Source: Adineta vaga
Lineage: Eukaryota; Animalia; Rotifera
Reading direction: 5' to 3'
DNA length: 64,000 nucleotides
Assembly: GCA_021613535.1 (NCBI GenBank)
Contig: CP075492.1
Span: forward strand, 13,206,001-13,270,000
Shown here one piece after another: positions 40,666-55,335 of this stretch; position 1 is the stretch's first letter, and each line of letters opens with the position of its first letter. The position numbers and the translations under genes are program-made. Below the pieces are notes generated by a model that searched no databases, was not told the DNA's origin, and saw only the letters and a list, made by a program, of their open reading frames with translations.

Positions 40666-41185
40666 TTAACATTTAATTTGATGAATTAATTGAACATAAT
40701 TTGTTGATGTTAATAAAAAACGTTGAAAAAATTCGAATTGAGCTTGTTTCGAAGATTTTAAAAGAGATAAAGCTTCATTCAATTGATACCAATGTCTTTG
40801 ACGACCATATGATTTTCTTTCATCCCATTCATCATATTCTTGTTCAACATGAATAACAAAAACATTAGTTCGTCGTTTTCTTTCCGTATCTTCTACTATT
40901 CCTAAATCTCGAATAATTCGTCCACGAACACCAGCTTCTTCATATAATTCTCGATGTGCTGCTTCAATTCTTGATTCATTTTTTTCAATACCACCACCAG
41001 GAATAATCCACGATGTTTTATCACGAGATGTTATTAATAAAATCTATAGAATCAAATCAATTTTTTCAAACATAACGATCATAATATTCGATACTAACTT
41101 CATCTTCATGTTCATTTCGTATACAAATACAAGCAGCACGTTGACGATAACCATCATGATCAAATAAACGCATTTTTTCAGACAT
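40666..41185 (-). CDS. Diphosphoinositol polyphosphate phosphohydrolase (DIPP, NUDT3/4 family Nudix), 2 exons; absent from the ORF track
   Basis: Manual translation MSEKMRLFDHDGYRQRAACICIRNEHEDE|ILLITSR...WIIPGGGIEKNESRIEAAHRELYEEAGVRG (Nudix box)...GRQRHWY; intron ~41044-41098. Confidence 0.9.
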
Positions 41186-41867
41186 TTGTTTAAATGAATT
41201 TTAGAAATGAAATAGAAACATATTGATATGATAATTAACGATCACCTTGTCTAAAGACAACGACGATAAAAGACAAAAATTTGAATGCCATTTATAAATA
41301 TAGTCATATAATCATTCGAAATGAATTTCGTTAGATGTCACTATACCACTTTTCTAGAAAAAGAAATATATCGTTCAAATATACACACGCACAATTGCTT
41401 GATTGAATGAGTTTTTCTTTTTTCTGAATAAAATTTTGTCTGTAAACTTCGAATGCAATGTTGATTATTAATATTGCATAGTTAGCTTGTCTTTCTTCTT
41501 CTTTTCCTCGTCGATAATCACAAGATGTAACGGGAGAGATACCAAGCGGAAAAATATATTTATATCAAAGATAGGAATGCAAACGGATGTATTTCTTCGA
41601 GAAAAAAAAGTCAATAATACAATTCAAGCAAATGGCAACTGACGTCTACATCTCTGTTTCTTCTAGAATGACACACGACGAAGATTTTCTTCGGTCTAAT
41701 CGTTTGTATATGTTTATCAACATGACATATAACTTATATTAACTATTTATGTATATATTTCTTTGTTGAAGAATACATATTGAATTACAGACACAGAAAA
41801 GGAAGAAAAAAAAAGAAGTTATATCACAAAAACAAACAAGAAAAAAGAAAGAAGAGAAACTGATCGA

Positions 41868-44800
41868 TCACAAAAGTTGTAAGGCATATAAAGATGAAGA
41901 GGAGATTTTGTTTTTTTCTAGAAACAAATCGTTTAGATCTAGTAGAGAATTAAATGTATGACGACGTTTAATTAATTGTCGATCTGAAGATGAAAAGAAA
42001 GTTGTCTGTATAGAATCTTCTTTTATTATAAAGATTTGTTGATCAACTTCATGTATTTGTTGTTTTAATGTATGAAGAAGATTTTCATGTTCAAGTAATT
42101 TCGATTTTAATAAGGAAGTTTGTTCAACTAAATCAATTTCACGTACTGGTGATTGATCAATAAAACAAATACTGGAATTACTAATTCTTTCATAAATTTC
42201 ATCATCTAAATATGATCATTGATAGATTATTCGAAGGAAATCGAAAGATTATTCTCTACCTTTATTTGTTGGAAGAAGAAATGTTTCATCGGTGACTTTC
42301 TTTCTGGATTTTTTTCGTCGAATATTTGTTAAAGTTTTTGATTTATGTTTATCATTTGATAATGTAAAATAATGAAATAATTGTGATATATCTCGTAAAG
42401 ATTGTGAAGGTTTCTTTGTCGTTGTTGCTGTACTAATTGATGAACTTACATCTGACATCGAATAAACAGCTGAATCTGTTGATGATGAAACAATTTGATT
42501 GGTTTGAAGAGAAGAATCCACAGAACGAGATCGAGAAGAAGACGATGAAGATTTCTCTTCTTTTTTTGTATCTCGTCGACGATTTCTAAAATGCAAAAAC
42601 AAATGATGAAACGTTTTTCTATTAGACAAAAAACATAATTAAGAAGATAAAGTGTAATCATGCAATTTAAATAATAGAATCACAGCTGGGTGGGAAGATC
42701 AATCAAGCTCATCTTACAAACATATTTTTCAATGTGGACGAATAACACTGGAATGATTTGTTATTAGTTTCTTTTTTCTTGAAGAAAATTATTTTGAAGA
42801 AAATTTTCATTACCTTTTCACTGAAATATTAATTGGTTTGGATGTTTGTTGATCTGTATTATTTACACTTAATGATGATAGTGAATCGAGTAAGAGCGGG
42901 GATGACCATCGTCTTCTAGCAGCGCGAACAATTTGTTGAATAATTTCCGATGGTTTTGTTTCGTTGTTGAGAGATAATTCATGATCATTTGGATTGATGC
43001 TTAATACTGAAGGTAATTTAGGCATTTGAGGATTAATTTCGCCTGGAATTTCATCGTAATCATTATAATCAAAAAACCATTCATACTAAAATATCAAGGA
43101 CACATGAAAAGTAATTTCGGATGTCTATCAAGTTCGAAACTGTTGATCTATAGAAAACGGGAAGTTTACAAAGTTTTGATCCGATATATTTCTTCTCTTA
43201 TAACCTATGAACTGACTCGAAATATTTGCATCCAGAGATTAAATCTAATAGGAAATGATCTATTCTACATACATATAAAATAAATGATTCAATAATTCGA
43301 ATTTTTTCTGGATTATCCACTAGATTGGATTGTAATGATGCTTTTGAATCCCAAATTAATGTTGGTCCGAAAATAATTGCTAAATTTCTTGCATCAATCT
43401 ATATGAATTAATAACAAAAGTAAAAGAATGAAAAGCGTTAATAAATATTCGTACCTTATTTACATTACATTTCGATGCAACTCTTCGAAAATGTGCACAT
43501 AAATATTTCAATGTTTCAAATCTATAATCATCCAATTGCATAATAAGTCGTTTTAATTCCATTAAACGATTGCGATGATTTTCAATTCGACTAGCTTCTA
43601 CTGATAAACTACTCATTTCTGAAAGAAAGACGAAAATTGTTTTTTTTTTCTAAAAAAAGAATTCATTTTTTTTATTGCAGACTTGATGATAATAATGAAT
43701 CTGGTAATTTGGCAAAGAATGTTTTCAATGTCGATGCAATTGCTTTGACATCATACCATTTTTCTGAATTAAAATCAATTCTTTCTGCACCTTTATCAAA
43801 TTCTGACACAAGCCAATTAACTGCTGTTAAACCACCTGCATGTCGATAAATTCCTTGACAAGTGACTCCACGTAATTCAACAAGACGAGTAAGAATTTCC
43901 ACAACAATAGGAATATGACGTGAAATTGATGAGGATTCACATTCTTCTAATTCAATACCGAAATTTCTACCTTGTGAAAGTGATTGAACTCCTGAACTTG
44001 ATGAAACATATTCTCCACTACTTTCATCATAAATTTGTCCGCTCATTTGATTCGTTAAGATTGATGAAGAAGATTTTAAGGTTCGAAGTCCCTTCTTAAC
44101 AATGGATTTAACAAATGAACGACGAGGAGAAATACTTATTGGAGAATTTAGATTATTTACTGACGATAAGGGTTGTATTGAAGTTGATTTTTGCGATTTA
44201 CGAAAACGAAGACTCGGTGAACGTTTTAACGATGGACTTCGAAGAGATAATTTCGATTTTCTTGTCTGTGTTGGACTTAATTTATGTTGTGTATCATTTT
44301 GAGATAGTAAACTAAATCAAAATCAATCAATTCATATGTGTTCAGAAAGAAAATATGCTTGACTTACTCTTGTTCATTCGTCGATGCAATTGCTGCTATT
44401 GAAGATGCACTTTTTCTCAATGCTTTTTCTTTAATATCGGTCATTAATTGTGGATTATCTTGTTCTAAAACACAATGATCTTTGATAACATATAACCATT
44501 CTGATAATGATTGTACATCGGGTGCTTGAAACAAAAATTCACTTTGATTGGGTGTAGATAATTTAAAAACGCGAGGTTTTTTTACATAATCACTTGCTAA
44601 TTCAACTTCAGCATTTTGAAGATTGATTGGAAAGGAATCACATGATAATGGAATTAATAATCCATGTTTTTTTTCTTTACCAAGAAATAAAGCACCACGT
44701 CGAAGAACAGCCCATGCACCACGCCATGAACGATCGATTGCACGACGGCCATCTTTTAAAACTGTTTTACAATAAAGTATACCTTCTTTTGATGCTTCAA

Positions 44801-47800
44801 TATTATCAGCCATTGTTGTTAAGGAAATCGATTCTTGTGGTGTTGTTGTTGAACTATCGAAATATGATCCTGACTTCGATTGATTGCCTGAAGATGATTG
44901 AGGTGATAGAGATGATCGTCGATCAAGTGCATGAGTCAATTCCGGTGTTCCTTCACCAAAGAAACTCTTTAGTTTTTTAATTGCTTGTGTTTGTTGTTGA
45001 GGAGTATTTCTTAATTTCTGTTGTTGTTGATGTTGTTCATGATGATTATCATATGAATAATTCTCATCTTTATTCGTTCGTAAATATTCGGACGGAAGAT
45101 ACTCTCTTCGATTCGATAAACGTTGATCTGTAGCAATTAAGTAGGACGTTCGACGCTGTTTCATATCTTGTTCATTTGTTCGTGGCGTTACACCATATTG
45201 TGATACTAAAAAAATACGGAAAAAAGATAAATATTGATTGAACAGATAAAAGCACACACAACCTTTATGTCGAAGAATAGGTGTTTCAGGGTTACAGGGT
45301 AAAGCAAACGGATCACAAACATGCATATTAACTAAAAATAAGTATTTTATCAACAGAAGAGATGATAGTGATTTCATACCAAAATCTGCTTGTTCATTTG
45401 AATATGCTGATCTAACAGCAGTAATATATGAATCTTGACGAATAAGATTTACACTTGGTGGTGAATTATTTGAATAATTGTTTATTGTATATCGTTGGCT
45501 GAAGTTTAAAGAAGGAATAATGAGTAAAAACGATTTATGTCAGATTATCCAAACCTTTCATTTGTAGTTAATGGAACATAATGGGATGTTGTTGTTGTTG
45601 TTGTTGTTGTTGATGATGGCTTTTTAGATGACATTGTTTGCATGGGTTCAATCATATATCTCGGATGATTGTAATTATAGTCGATATGGTTGATTTCATC
45701 GGCTAAATGAATATTAGCTAAAGAACTTGACTGTTTTGAAAAAAAACAAAATCATCTGTCGAATAGAATAGAAAACAGATGTTGATTGTTTGTTTCTAAT
45801 TAATAATGCAAAATTTATCAGAACTGTCTAGCGTAAGGGTAAGAATAACAAAAGAATTTCGACGACAAATTTTCGTCGGAAAACAGATATCTTTTTGGGT
45901 ACTTTTTACGTAAAATACGAGTGATTCTTACACTTTACAATCGAGAATTGATTTATATTTAGATAAGAATTCTCTTCTCCTTCTGCTCTAACATAACAAA
46001 AATAGTACGTCCTTCATTTGTTGTTTAACAAAAAAAAATAGAATAAATAATGCTATTCAAACTGTCAATCACATTTTCAAGAGTCCTGTTTACTTAAATT
46101 TTTTTTCTCAATCCAATGAATACAAAAGCGGATTGCTTCTCTCTCTCTCTCCCCCACTCACTTAACTTACCCATGGGTACTTGGTATGACGATGTAGAAT
46201 TAAATGATGTTACTACTGGTTTCATCAGTTTATATTGTGACTCATAATAATTGATTTGTTCAGGATGATCATCTTCATGATATAGAACATTTTCTTGTTC
46301 TAATGATGTTGGTGAATTAGATGATTTTGATTTGAATTTGACAAATTTATTTGGATCAATATCTTCAAAATGTGATGCACGTGTCATAACAGATTCGACA
46401 TCAGTTGTAGCCGTTAAACGATTCCATTCATTTTCATATTTTTTGTTTTCGGAATATTTTTTCACTTTTGAATCATGTTGATTATCTTTAACAAGATTTT
46501 CAACATGACCAGTTTCGAATTGTTTCTTTCGAAAATTAACGAATTCAGTTTTCATATCTTTTTCTGTTGTCATCGAATCAGTCGATGGAGATTTGATTTC
46601 ATCACGTGATGAAGAAGATGGTGATGTCCATTGAGTTTGATCTTGACTAGGAAGATTAAATGAAGAATTAACAATTGGTAAAAATGAACTTGATTGTTTG
46701 TAATCATATGGAATATATTCATTATGAAAAGGTGATTGAAAATAGGATGCTGATGGTTCGTTTGTTGATTGTTTTGATGAAGAATCTAATGCTTTATGAA
46801 CAGATTCGATATAGTTTGAAAAGAGATTTTGTGGAGACGAAGATTTAGGTGAAGGAAAATAAATTCCAGCTTGAGCCAGCTCTTCTTGAGTACGACCTTG
46901 AGCTAAATTTATTTTTAAATTACGAAGTTTTTGTTCGATTGTATTATTTGACATGATTGTTGGTGATGAATAATTAGTTGATAAAATTGATTGATAAGAA
47001 TTCTTTAAAAACAAAGCACAAGAATTCCATATATATATATCTATTAGTTGTTTTAGTTAATTCATCATAATTATGCCAAAAGTATCTCATTGATCCTGCA
47101 AGATGTTACAAGTATGTCGGTTTAGTCCTATGGCTCAAGATAAAATCATTCGATTTTGTGTTCTTGTTCTTTGTCTTATATTTAGGAGTCTATTCTATGT
47201 ACATAAAATCTCTTCTAAGAAGTCTACTTTGACTTACTAGTGAAGTGAGATCGTCTTCTTTTGGTAACACATTAAGTACGAGATCATAAGGACTAAAAAA
47301 GAAGAAGTTAATATATTAATAAGATTCTATTTCCAAATGCATACGTATTTTGAATAATTGCAATCACTTGTGCGTAAGTTTTTCCATATATTGATTGATC
47401 ATTGACAGATAATATTCGATCACCTTGTCTTAAACCAGCTTTATAAGCTGGACTATTTCGACGAACATCTTTGACAAAAATTGTATCCAAATACTGAAGA
47501 TTTTCATGACGAGTAATACCATCATCATCATCGATGTTATCTTAAATATATGAAAAAAAAACGCCCAGATATAAGTGTTTTCTTGTCTAACATGTCGCAT
47601 CAATCAATTATCAATAAGAAGAGTTAAGGAAATTGTTGATGACGACTTTTGTTTGTTTTTCTGCTTACCAGTGCTGATAATTTTCATGGAATTCGATGAG
47701 GAGATTCCTTGTTGTTCTCCTTGATGATGTCTCAAACTAGTCGATGGAGATGGAATTCTCATCGTTATTGATTCATCATCTTCTAATTGCTTTTGCTGAT

Positions 47801-48205
47801 GTTCATCGATGACAACACTATATGATGCCTATTAAATAACAAATCAGATTAATCATTGACACTTCATTATAATAAAGGAACTATATCATTATTTCCCACG
47901 ATTAACAAATTAATTAGGTTAATAAGTACAAAAGAAGCAAAAATGAAAAAGAAAGAGTTTAGGAATATATTACTTGATTTATTTAGATCTAAATAGGATG
48001 GATGATGAGAAGATATAATTGTTTCTATTGTGTGTTTTTTTTTCTTTTCGTTTTTTTCTATGACTAAAATTACCTGAAGAATATGATTGATAGAAGTCGT
48101 TGGTGGATAAGTAACATAATGACGAAGTGTAAAACCAAAACCACCACCACCACCAGTTGAATAATCACTTGGTCGAGAAAGAAAGATTTTCTTCGTTTGT
48201 TTCAT
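41868..48205 (-). CDS. ARHGAP21/23-like PDZ-PH-RhoGAP protein, multi-exon
   Basis: Split PDZ GFGFTLRHYVTYPP ... DTIFVKDVRRNSPAYKAGLRQGDRILSVN; PH domain KEGILYCK...DRSWRGAWAVLR...FLFQAPD; RhoGAP GIYRHAG, ASTLKTFFAKLPDSL, NLAIIFGPTLI. Confidence 0.88.
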
Positions 48206-50710
48206 TGATTTAATATAAGTTTTAACTTTATGAAAGATAAGACAAACTTTGTATATAAATACAAGAGAAACCTTGTTCTATTTACTTTGAATAAACGAAC
48301 TGATGATTGCACATTGTTATTTCTATTAAGAATGATGTTATTTTGCTGAAAGAAAGAGAGAAAAAAAGAAGTCCTGTTAGGATTGATAATCATGATGAGA
48401 ATAAACGCAAAGTGTCAAAAGAAAGAACGATATTACTCTGGCTAATTGCTCCTAGTCTACCAACTGTGAGACATCTACAATACATCATAATACTAACGTA
48501 CAAAGTTCACTGAGCTTCTTCTCATTCTGTTGTACATAGGAGCGTAAATGCACCTGCATTGAAAGAAAAGAAGGAAGGAATTGCCTACTTATATTGTCCA
48601 GAAATTAATTCTTTTGTACATTCATCAATGATTCATATTTACCTTATTCATTCATTTCTTTTTAATCGTACAACTTCTTTAAGTGTATATGTATCTAGTG
48701 TTTCAATGAATTCTCTTACTCGAGGAAAAGAAAACTAAGAAGAAACAAGTGTGTTATTGCTGTTTGATATCGAAGTAAATGAAAAAGGCAAAGTGATAGC
48801 AGAAGAGAGAGAGAGAAGAAAAGACCAGCTCATTAAAGATGATAGACGAATATGAGCATCAGTCCGGAAGCGTTCTGTATATTGTGATTATCAACAATAT
48901 GTAGACGTGATAAGACAGATGGTCTTATCGTTTCATACATCTTCGATATACTTCTATTCACCACATACAGAGCTATTGAACTTCCTCGCTCGATGATCAT
49001 CACATTGATGATGCAATATCAACAAGACATAGAAAGATAATCAAGTTCATCAATACTCAATCCATAGATAAATAACATTTCTCTTCATATATCGACGAAT
49101 TTAATAAAAGAAGGAAAAGAAAGAGCTTAGACTGATTTTTTTTCTTGTTTAACTTCAACTAAAGATTTCTTCATATTCTTTCGTTCAAAAATCTTAACCT
49201 TGACTATATATGTAAATGAAATTGACTCATCCTCTAGTAACAAACAGAAATAATATGTACAAAATCAACTGATTTAATTCAGTTTTAAAATCAAATATAA
49301 AAAAAGAAGAAGAAGAAGAAAAAAGTCAATTGTAGGTGAGTTGAAGTATTACCATATGATGACATTCAATGTCGAACAATTTTTTTTTTACAATCAATAA
49401 AAACGGAAGCATATATGTGGCTCCAGGGATACATACATCATAGAAATCGAAGAGAAAAAGAAAAAGAACGCGAGAAGAAGTGGTCAAATGACGCATATGT
49501 CTGTTTCCGGTGGGCAAAAGGCCACCACCGTCTATTTGACTCGAAAGGCTTCTTCAAGCTAAGAATAATAACTAAATATGAGATTGATTGATTTACAAAA
49601 TACAAAAGAACTTTATTTAACGATAGAATTTCCTTTTTTTCTAAAAGAAGAAGAAGAAGTCCTTCAACATATTACTTTTTCTCTTTAAAATGTCTTGTTC
49701 ATCATTTATTAACAATCTTCAAGTCGAAAGAACATTACATCATATCCTATCCAGGTATTCAATCAATAGAAGAAAAAGAACATGTCCTACTTATGATTGC
49801 ATGAATTGAATACAAAAGAGAGAAAGAATGATTAAACATGTTCGTTCTTTTTTCGCTCTTTCCTATCTCATTTAATATCATACTCAGATGACACAAGAAT
49901 GTGCCAAATCGAGTAGACGATGAACAGATTAAACGTGTCCAGACATAAGAGAAGAGATTTCGTTTTCGTTTTTCTGTTTTCTATCATCAGATGAACATGA
50001 TTCATAAACAGAGATTAAATCATGTCATTTGAAAATGAAAATTACTGATGAACAAAAGATAATCAGTTTTGTTTCTTCATGCAATCAACCTTCCGATCAT
50101 TTGTTTCATATTTGAAAGAGATATTACTAACATGTTCTATTATTCTTTTTTCTAGTTCATTAGTAAAAAAGAAAAGTTTATATTATATTCATTATGTGAG
50201 AGAAGAGAAAATAATCAAGTGTCTACTGGACGTACTTAGGAGAAAAGAAGAATGATATAATACTTCATTGTACTAAAAAGTCATATATGTATTTTACCAT
50301 AAAGAATAGACTTACTAATGGAGAGAAGATGGATGTACAATTAGAAGAATTGCTCAGTAAAGAATTGTCGAATTCCGAATATGATTTTTCTTTGTTCATT
50401 TCCAAAGAAATGTATAAATTATGGATCCAATCGAAATCGAACGCTACTATCGAATAATTTTCCATGACTAACATTCATCTAGATCCTATTTTCTAGATAA
50501 TTTCAATGAATATTTTCATGAATATTTTTCAAAATTCACCAATATGATCTATAGTATCAAACCCTGGATCGAGGTATTATTCAAATGTTCGAGAACATAT
50601 TCGACGAACACATATAAACGCCCGGACGAGATTATTCTCATTCAGATTATTGTTAAACATTTCATCTTAGTATCAAATCGATTCGTTGTTATTTCTCTAT
50701 ATTATAAAAC

Positions 50711-51207
50711 ATGACTAAATCAAAAACAACAACTATAACTGCAACAAAAACAGCAACACCAATAAAAAAAATTTCCAAGAAGAAAGCCAAAGATCCAAAT
50801 GCACCAAAACGTTTTCGTACAGCTTATATCTTATTTTCCGTAGAAAAACGTGAAGAAATCAAAGTAATCATTATAAAGCTTATTTTCATTGATTTATATC
50901 GTTTCTGTTTTAGAATGATAATCCAAAACTATCTAGCAAAGAAATCTTAGCTGAACTTGGCGCACAATGGAAAGCAGCTGATGCTTCAGTATGTGATGGA
51001 ATTTTGTTTTCTTCGATTGATTGTTTTTCTTTTTAGACCAAACAGCGATTTCAAAAACTATCCGATGCTGAAAAAGTTGAATATGAAGAGAAAATGGTCG
51101 CTTATAAAGGTGATAAAGGTGATAAAGAAAATCCAAAGAAGAAAAAATCTTCCAAGAAGGAAGAAGAAATTACCGTTAATGGTCATGATGATTCCATGGA
51201 AGATTAG
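50711..51207 (+). CDS. Single HMG-box protein (HMGB/NHP6-like), 3 exons
   Basis: KKKAKDPNAPKRFRTAYILFSVEKREEIK|NDNPKLSSKEILAELGAQWKAADAS|TKQRFQKLSDAEKVEYEEKM; TATA-like TATAAA at ~50613. Confidence 0.9.
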
Positions 51208-51474
51208 TTAAATATTACCAATTAGATTAATGAGTCTTATTTCTCTTGTTTCTTTTCTTTTCTTTTTTTATGATTTTGTATATATGTAGATCTATTCTTG
51301 ACTCTTAATTTATTCTTGTATATTTTTCTCGTCCATTTTTTTGTTGCACATGTGTGGAGCTCTCTCGACTTCTGGGTGTTGCTCAATGAACTTATTAATA
51401 ATGAAATATAAATAAAAACTATTGATTATATAAACTTTATAAACAGAAAAGAAAATCGATAGAAAGATGAAATG

Positions 51475-52302
51475 TTAATGGTTAGAAGGAGATTCATTAT
51501 TTGCTAAACGACTATTAATATCAGTAATAACTGAAGGTAAATCAGAAATAGTATCGATTAAATAATGTGGTTTGCATGATGTGAATAGTTTATTAATACG
51601 TTCACGTTCAGAATTTAATTGTTTAGATGACAAAGTAGAATATTCATCCCAAGTAAGACCAAGAAAATTTCCAGAAAAACGTAATGCTACAGTCCACATA
51701 CCTGCACTACGACCTTCGAGAATACCTGGTGGTGTATCATCTACTTTGACACAAGCTGCAACATCATCAAGACCAAGAGCAATTACATTTGCTAACGCTT
51801 GAGCTGGACTAGGACGACCTTTTGGTACTTCATCTGTAGCTACTATACAATCGGGTGAATAACCAGCATGAGCAGCCAATGGAACGAGTTTATCCATTAC
51901 TTCTTTAGGATAGCCAGATGTAGAACCGATTTTTAAATCAAGTTTTCGTAATGCTTTGATACTTTCCAATGCACCAGGAATTAATGTTGAATATTCACCA
52001 ACCTTTGCTATTTGTAATGGCATAAAACGTTTATAGATTTCATTCACATCATTATCATTTGGTAAACGTCCAAAACGTTGCTGAAAACGATTACTTATAG
52101 TTACTTGATTACAAAGTGTCCGAATATGATCTCGTTTGCCAACACCCATAGGTCCACGTGCTTCATCTAAACTGATGTCAATACCAATACTAGCAAAAGC
52201 TTCAACGAAGATTCTTGTCGGAGCAAAACTACCAAAATCGACGACAGTTCCTGCCCAATCTAAAATAACAGCTTGTATTCGTGATGGTAATTGATAACGC
52301 AT
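51475..52302 (-). CDS. phnX: Phosphonoacetaldehyde hydrolase (phosphonatase, HAD family), intronless, proteobacterial-type
   Basis: [16 protein letters not shown] (HAD nucleophile Asp), [15 protein letters not shown] (Schiff-base Lys), [51 protein letters not shown]. Confidence 0.95.
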   Translation of the reverse strand: MRYQLPSRIQAVILDWAGTVVDFGSFAPTRIFVEAFASIGIDISLDEARGPMGVGKRDHIRTLCNQVTISNRFQQRFGRLPNDNDVNEIYKRFMPLQIAKVGEYSTLIPGALESIKALRKLDLKIGSTSGYPKEVMDKLVPLAAHAGYSPDCIVATDEVPKGRPSPAQALANVIALGLDDVAACVKVDDTPPGILEGRSAGMWTVALRFSGNFLGLTWDEYSTLSSKQLNSERERINKLFTSCKPHYLIDTISDLPSVITDINSRLANNESPSNH

Positions 52303-53100
52303 GTGAATATAATTTTAATCGATTGTATTCTAAAGAATATTATATATCAAAGCACGGAATAGTATAGATAGAATCGATTCGACTGCTTGACGTTCTTTGT
52401 TCGTTCTAATCAAGGATTTTCTAGTCAATATTCACGATGACACATGGTAAATGGCAAAAAAACAACAAAATAATGATGTATTCTATTTATAAGGAGAGAA
52501 GAAAAAAAGAGAAATCGTTAGGTACATAAAACATCAGATTCACCTTTTCTATTGATGTATTTTTCTTAATCATTACTATTAAAAATAAATCATAGTAGAT
52601 TTTACATCAATATGTAAATACAACGCCTTTTTCTCAAAATCGACGGTTGTATACAGGAACAATGAACATCATATGATCTTGCCATTTTCTAGTTTTACTC
52701 TTCTAAAAATCTATAATTTTTGTTTCTTTTTCTTCCTGTTTCATCTATGTCAACTTGAACTGTGTGATGAAACCGAAGCAAATAGAATAATAACTTTATA
52801 GTGAAATCTATTGGGAAAGTGTGTATTTTCAATTGACATTGCAATAAATTTTATAATCATAATCATTTGAGCTAGTTTGTATGTATGTTATTATTATTTT
52901 GAAACCGATTCATATTACATATAGATGGTGTCATCGACTATTCTATTGCTCCAAGTCACCCACCAATCCAATGCTTGCATCCACTTATTTATCTATCTAT
53001 CAAGAGCAAGAGTCATGTTACATTCTCCTATTATATAAAAACCCGTATATATTTATCAGTTTGTTATTCATAACAATTTTGCATGTAACGAAAAACTATC

Positions 53101-54988
53101 ATGGTCACAGCTTGTGATAAGATGCGTCTTTGTCAAGTTGTATCTTTCGCTATTTTTCTCTTGTCTTTCACGACTTTTGTCCAGGCCGAAAAGCATTTAA
53201 ATGCTAACGGTCCATTTGGTAAACGTCATACTGTACATAATGAACCAAGTCCATATGCTTGTAACCGAGGAGCAGGTATTTCATCTTCAATTTTTCGTCG
53301 ACGACATGTAGCCAACACAAACTATACAATTATCCAAAACAGTTTATATGAGCAGCGATCAAATTGAAATCAAATGGAAACCAATAAAAGCTTCATGTAA
53401 AGATGATTTTATTGGCATTTATTATGCTGAAGTTCCACTTGCTGCAGGTGAATAGAATAGATTTCGAAGATAGATTCATTAAAAAAAAACTGATATATTT
53501 AGCTTGTGATTATTTCGACTTTGAATTTGCCAAATACAATCAAAGTACTATGTCATGGCATATGATTAATCTTCGACGACCACTACAGTTTCGTTACTAT
53601 TCACGTGATCATACTTGTTCGGGCAATTATTCTCTTATTGCTGTATCTCCTCTTGTTCGACCATTGAACATCAATGAACCAGTTCATGTTCATCTTGCTT
53701 ATGGTGATCGAATCGATCAAATGTTTGTGTCCTATCTCACCAACTCATCACAATACATTCCACAATGCCAATATGGATTCTCACCTTCATCTCTTCAATT
53801 TCATCGGAATGGCACAACAACAACATATACTGCATCTGATATGTGTGAAGGTAAAGCAAATACATGGGGTCCACAAGCATTCATTGATCCAGGATATATG
53901 CATACAATACTACTTGAAGACCTGCGTCCATCGACAACTTATTATTATCGTGTTGGATGTGATGTACATGGTTGGTCATCGATACATTCATTTACGAATC
54001 GACCAGAAAGTGGAGATGAAGCAGTGACAATGATAGCATATGGTGATATGGGTTTGTCACCAGTTGAACCAGGTGCAAAATCAACAATCGATCGTGTGAC
54101 AGCTCGAGTGAGAGCAACAAATATGACCTGTTTATTACATATTGGTGATATTAGTTATGCTCGCGGTGTCGGTGCATTGTGGGATTCGTTTATGACTCAA
54201 ATAGAACCAATAGCTGCTCATGTTCCATACATGTCAGGAATAGGTAATCATGAATATGATCATGTACTTGGTGGTGAAAAAGATCCAAGTGGTGCATCAG
54301 GTCCTGGAGGATTTCGACCTGAATGGTAAGTTAGTTTTGTTAATTGATGAATTCGCTACTAAACTGATTCTTTTTTCTTTCTAGGGGCAATTATGGTTAT
54401 GATTCAGGTGGTGAATGTGCTGTTCCAATGGTTCGTCGCTTTCATTCACCATCCAATGGCAACGGTCTATTTTGGTACAGTTTTGATGTTGGTCCAACAC
54501 ATGTAGTATACTATTCAACGGAACATGATTTTCGTCATTCATCACCACAATATGCATGGTTAGAGAAAGATCTTCGTTCAGTCAATCGTACTCGTACTCC
54601 ATGGATTATTGTGGGTGCTCATCGACCTATGTATGCATCAGAAACGGATGAACCCGATGATTTTATTAAATTAATGTTACAAGCTTACTTAGAACCATTA
54701 TTTTATGAATATCATGTTGATCTCAATCTCTTTGCACATAAACATTCGTACGAACGAACATGTGCAATGTATAGAGAACGTTGTATTGATGATGGTATAA
54801 CACATGTATTAATCGGTATGGCTGGTCAAGATATAGATGGTGGTGGCTATTCTGGTGCTGAATGGAGTATGTATTACGATCAAGAATATGGTTACACTCA
54901 AATATGGGCTAATCGAACCTATTTACATTTTACATATTATCATAACGATGACGATAAAATTGCTGATCAATTTGTACTTAAAAAGTAA
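53101..54988 (+). CDS. Secreted purple acid phosphatase / nucleotide pyrophosphatase-type metallophosphoesterase, copy 1 (3 exons; one frameshift near 53315 as read)
   Basis: Signal peptide; YTASDMC...DPGYMH N-terminal domain; metal ligand motifs GDMG, GDISY, GNHE, HRPMY, AHKH; introns ~53448-53502 and ~54326-54384. Confidence 0.85.
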
Positions 54989-55335
54989 ATTTTGAACATA
55001 GATGACATTTGTAATTCTATTTTTGATATTTAATAAATATATATGGGTATGATTCAAAACGTTTCCGAATGCTTCATAGTATTCATATAGAAATGAAAAC
55101 GAATTACTTTTCAATTGATACGATGTAGAACAAAGAAAAAAAGAAGAACGATGCATATCCTATTCTTTGATACGTAAGATTTTCAGTTCTGTATCTTATC
55201 AAAGAATGCTCCAGAAGTGCGAACCCTGTTTATTCTACGAAGAGATATACTATCAGTTTATTTTGTTTATCAACTTCAACATTAAATTTAAAATGAAAAG
55301 AAAAATGAAAAAATTCAGAATAATCTTTCTATTAA

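Noticed and set aside
45586-45615. (GTT)n repeat as a noncoding satellite
   Set aside because: Lies within a RhoGAP exon and encodes a poly-Thr tract on the minus strand
51475-52302. phnX as bacterial contamination or part of a phn operon
   Set aside because: Base composition and codon usage match the flanks, no phnW or transporter genes adjoin it, and neighbours on both sides have spliceosomal introns
52303-53100. Yeast Pho4 (CACGTG) box in the phnX/PAP intergenic region
   Set aside because: No exact CACGTG seen by eye; only CACATG near 52441, which is not convincing
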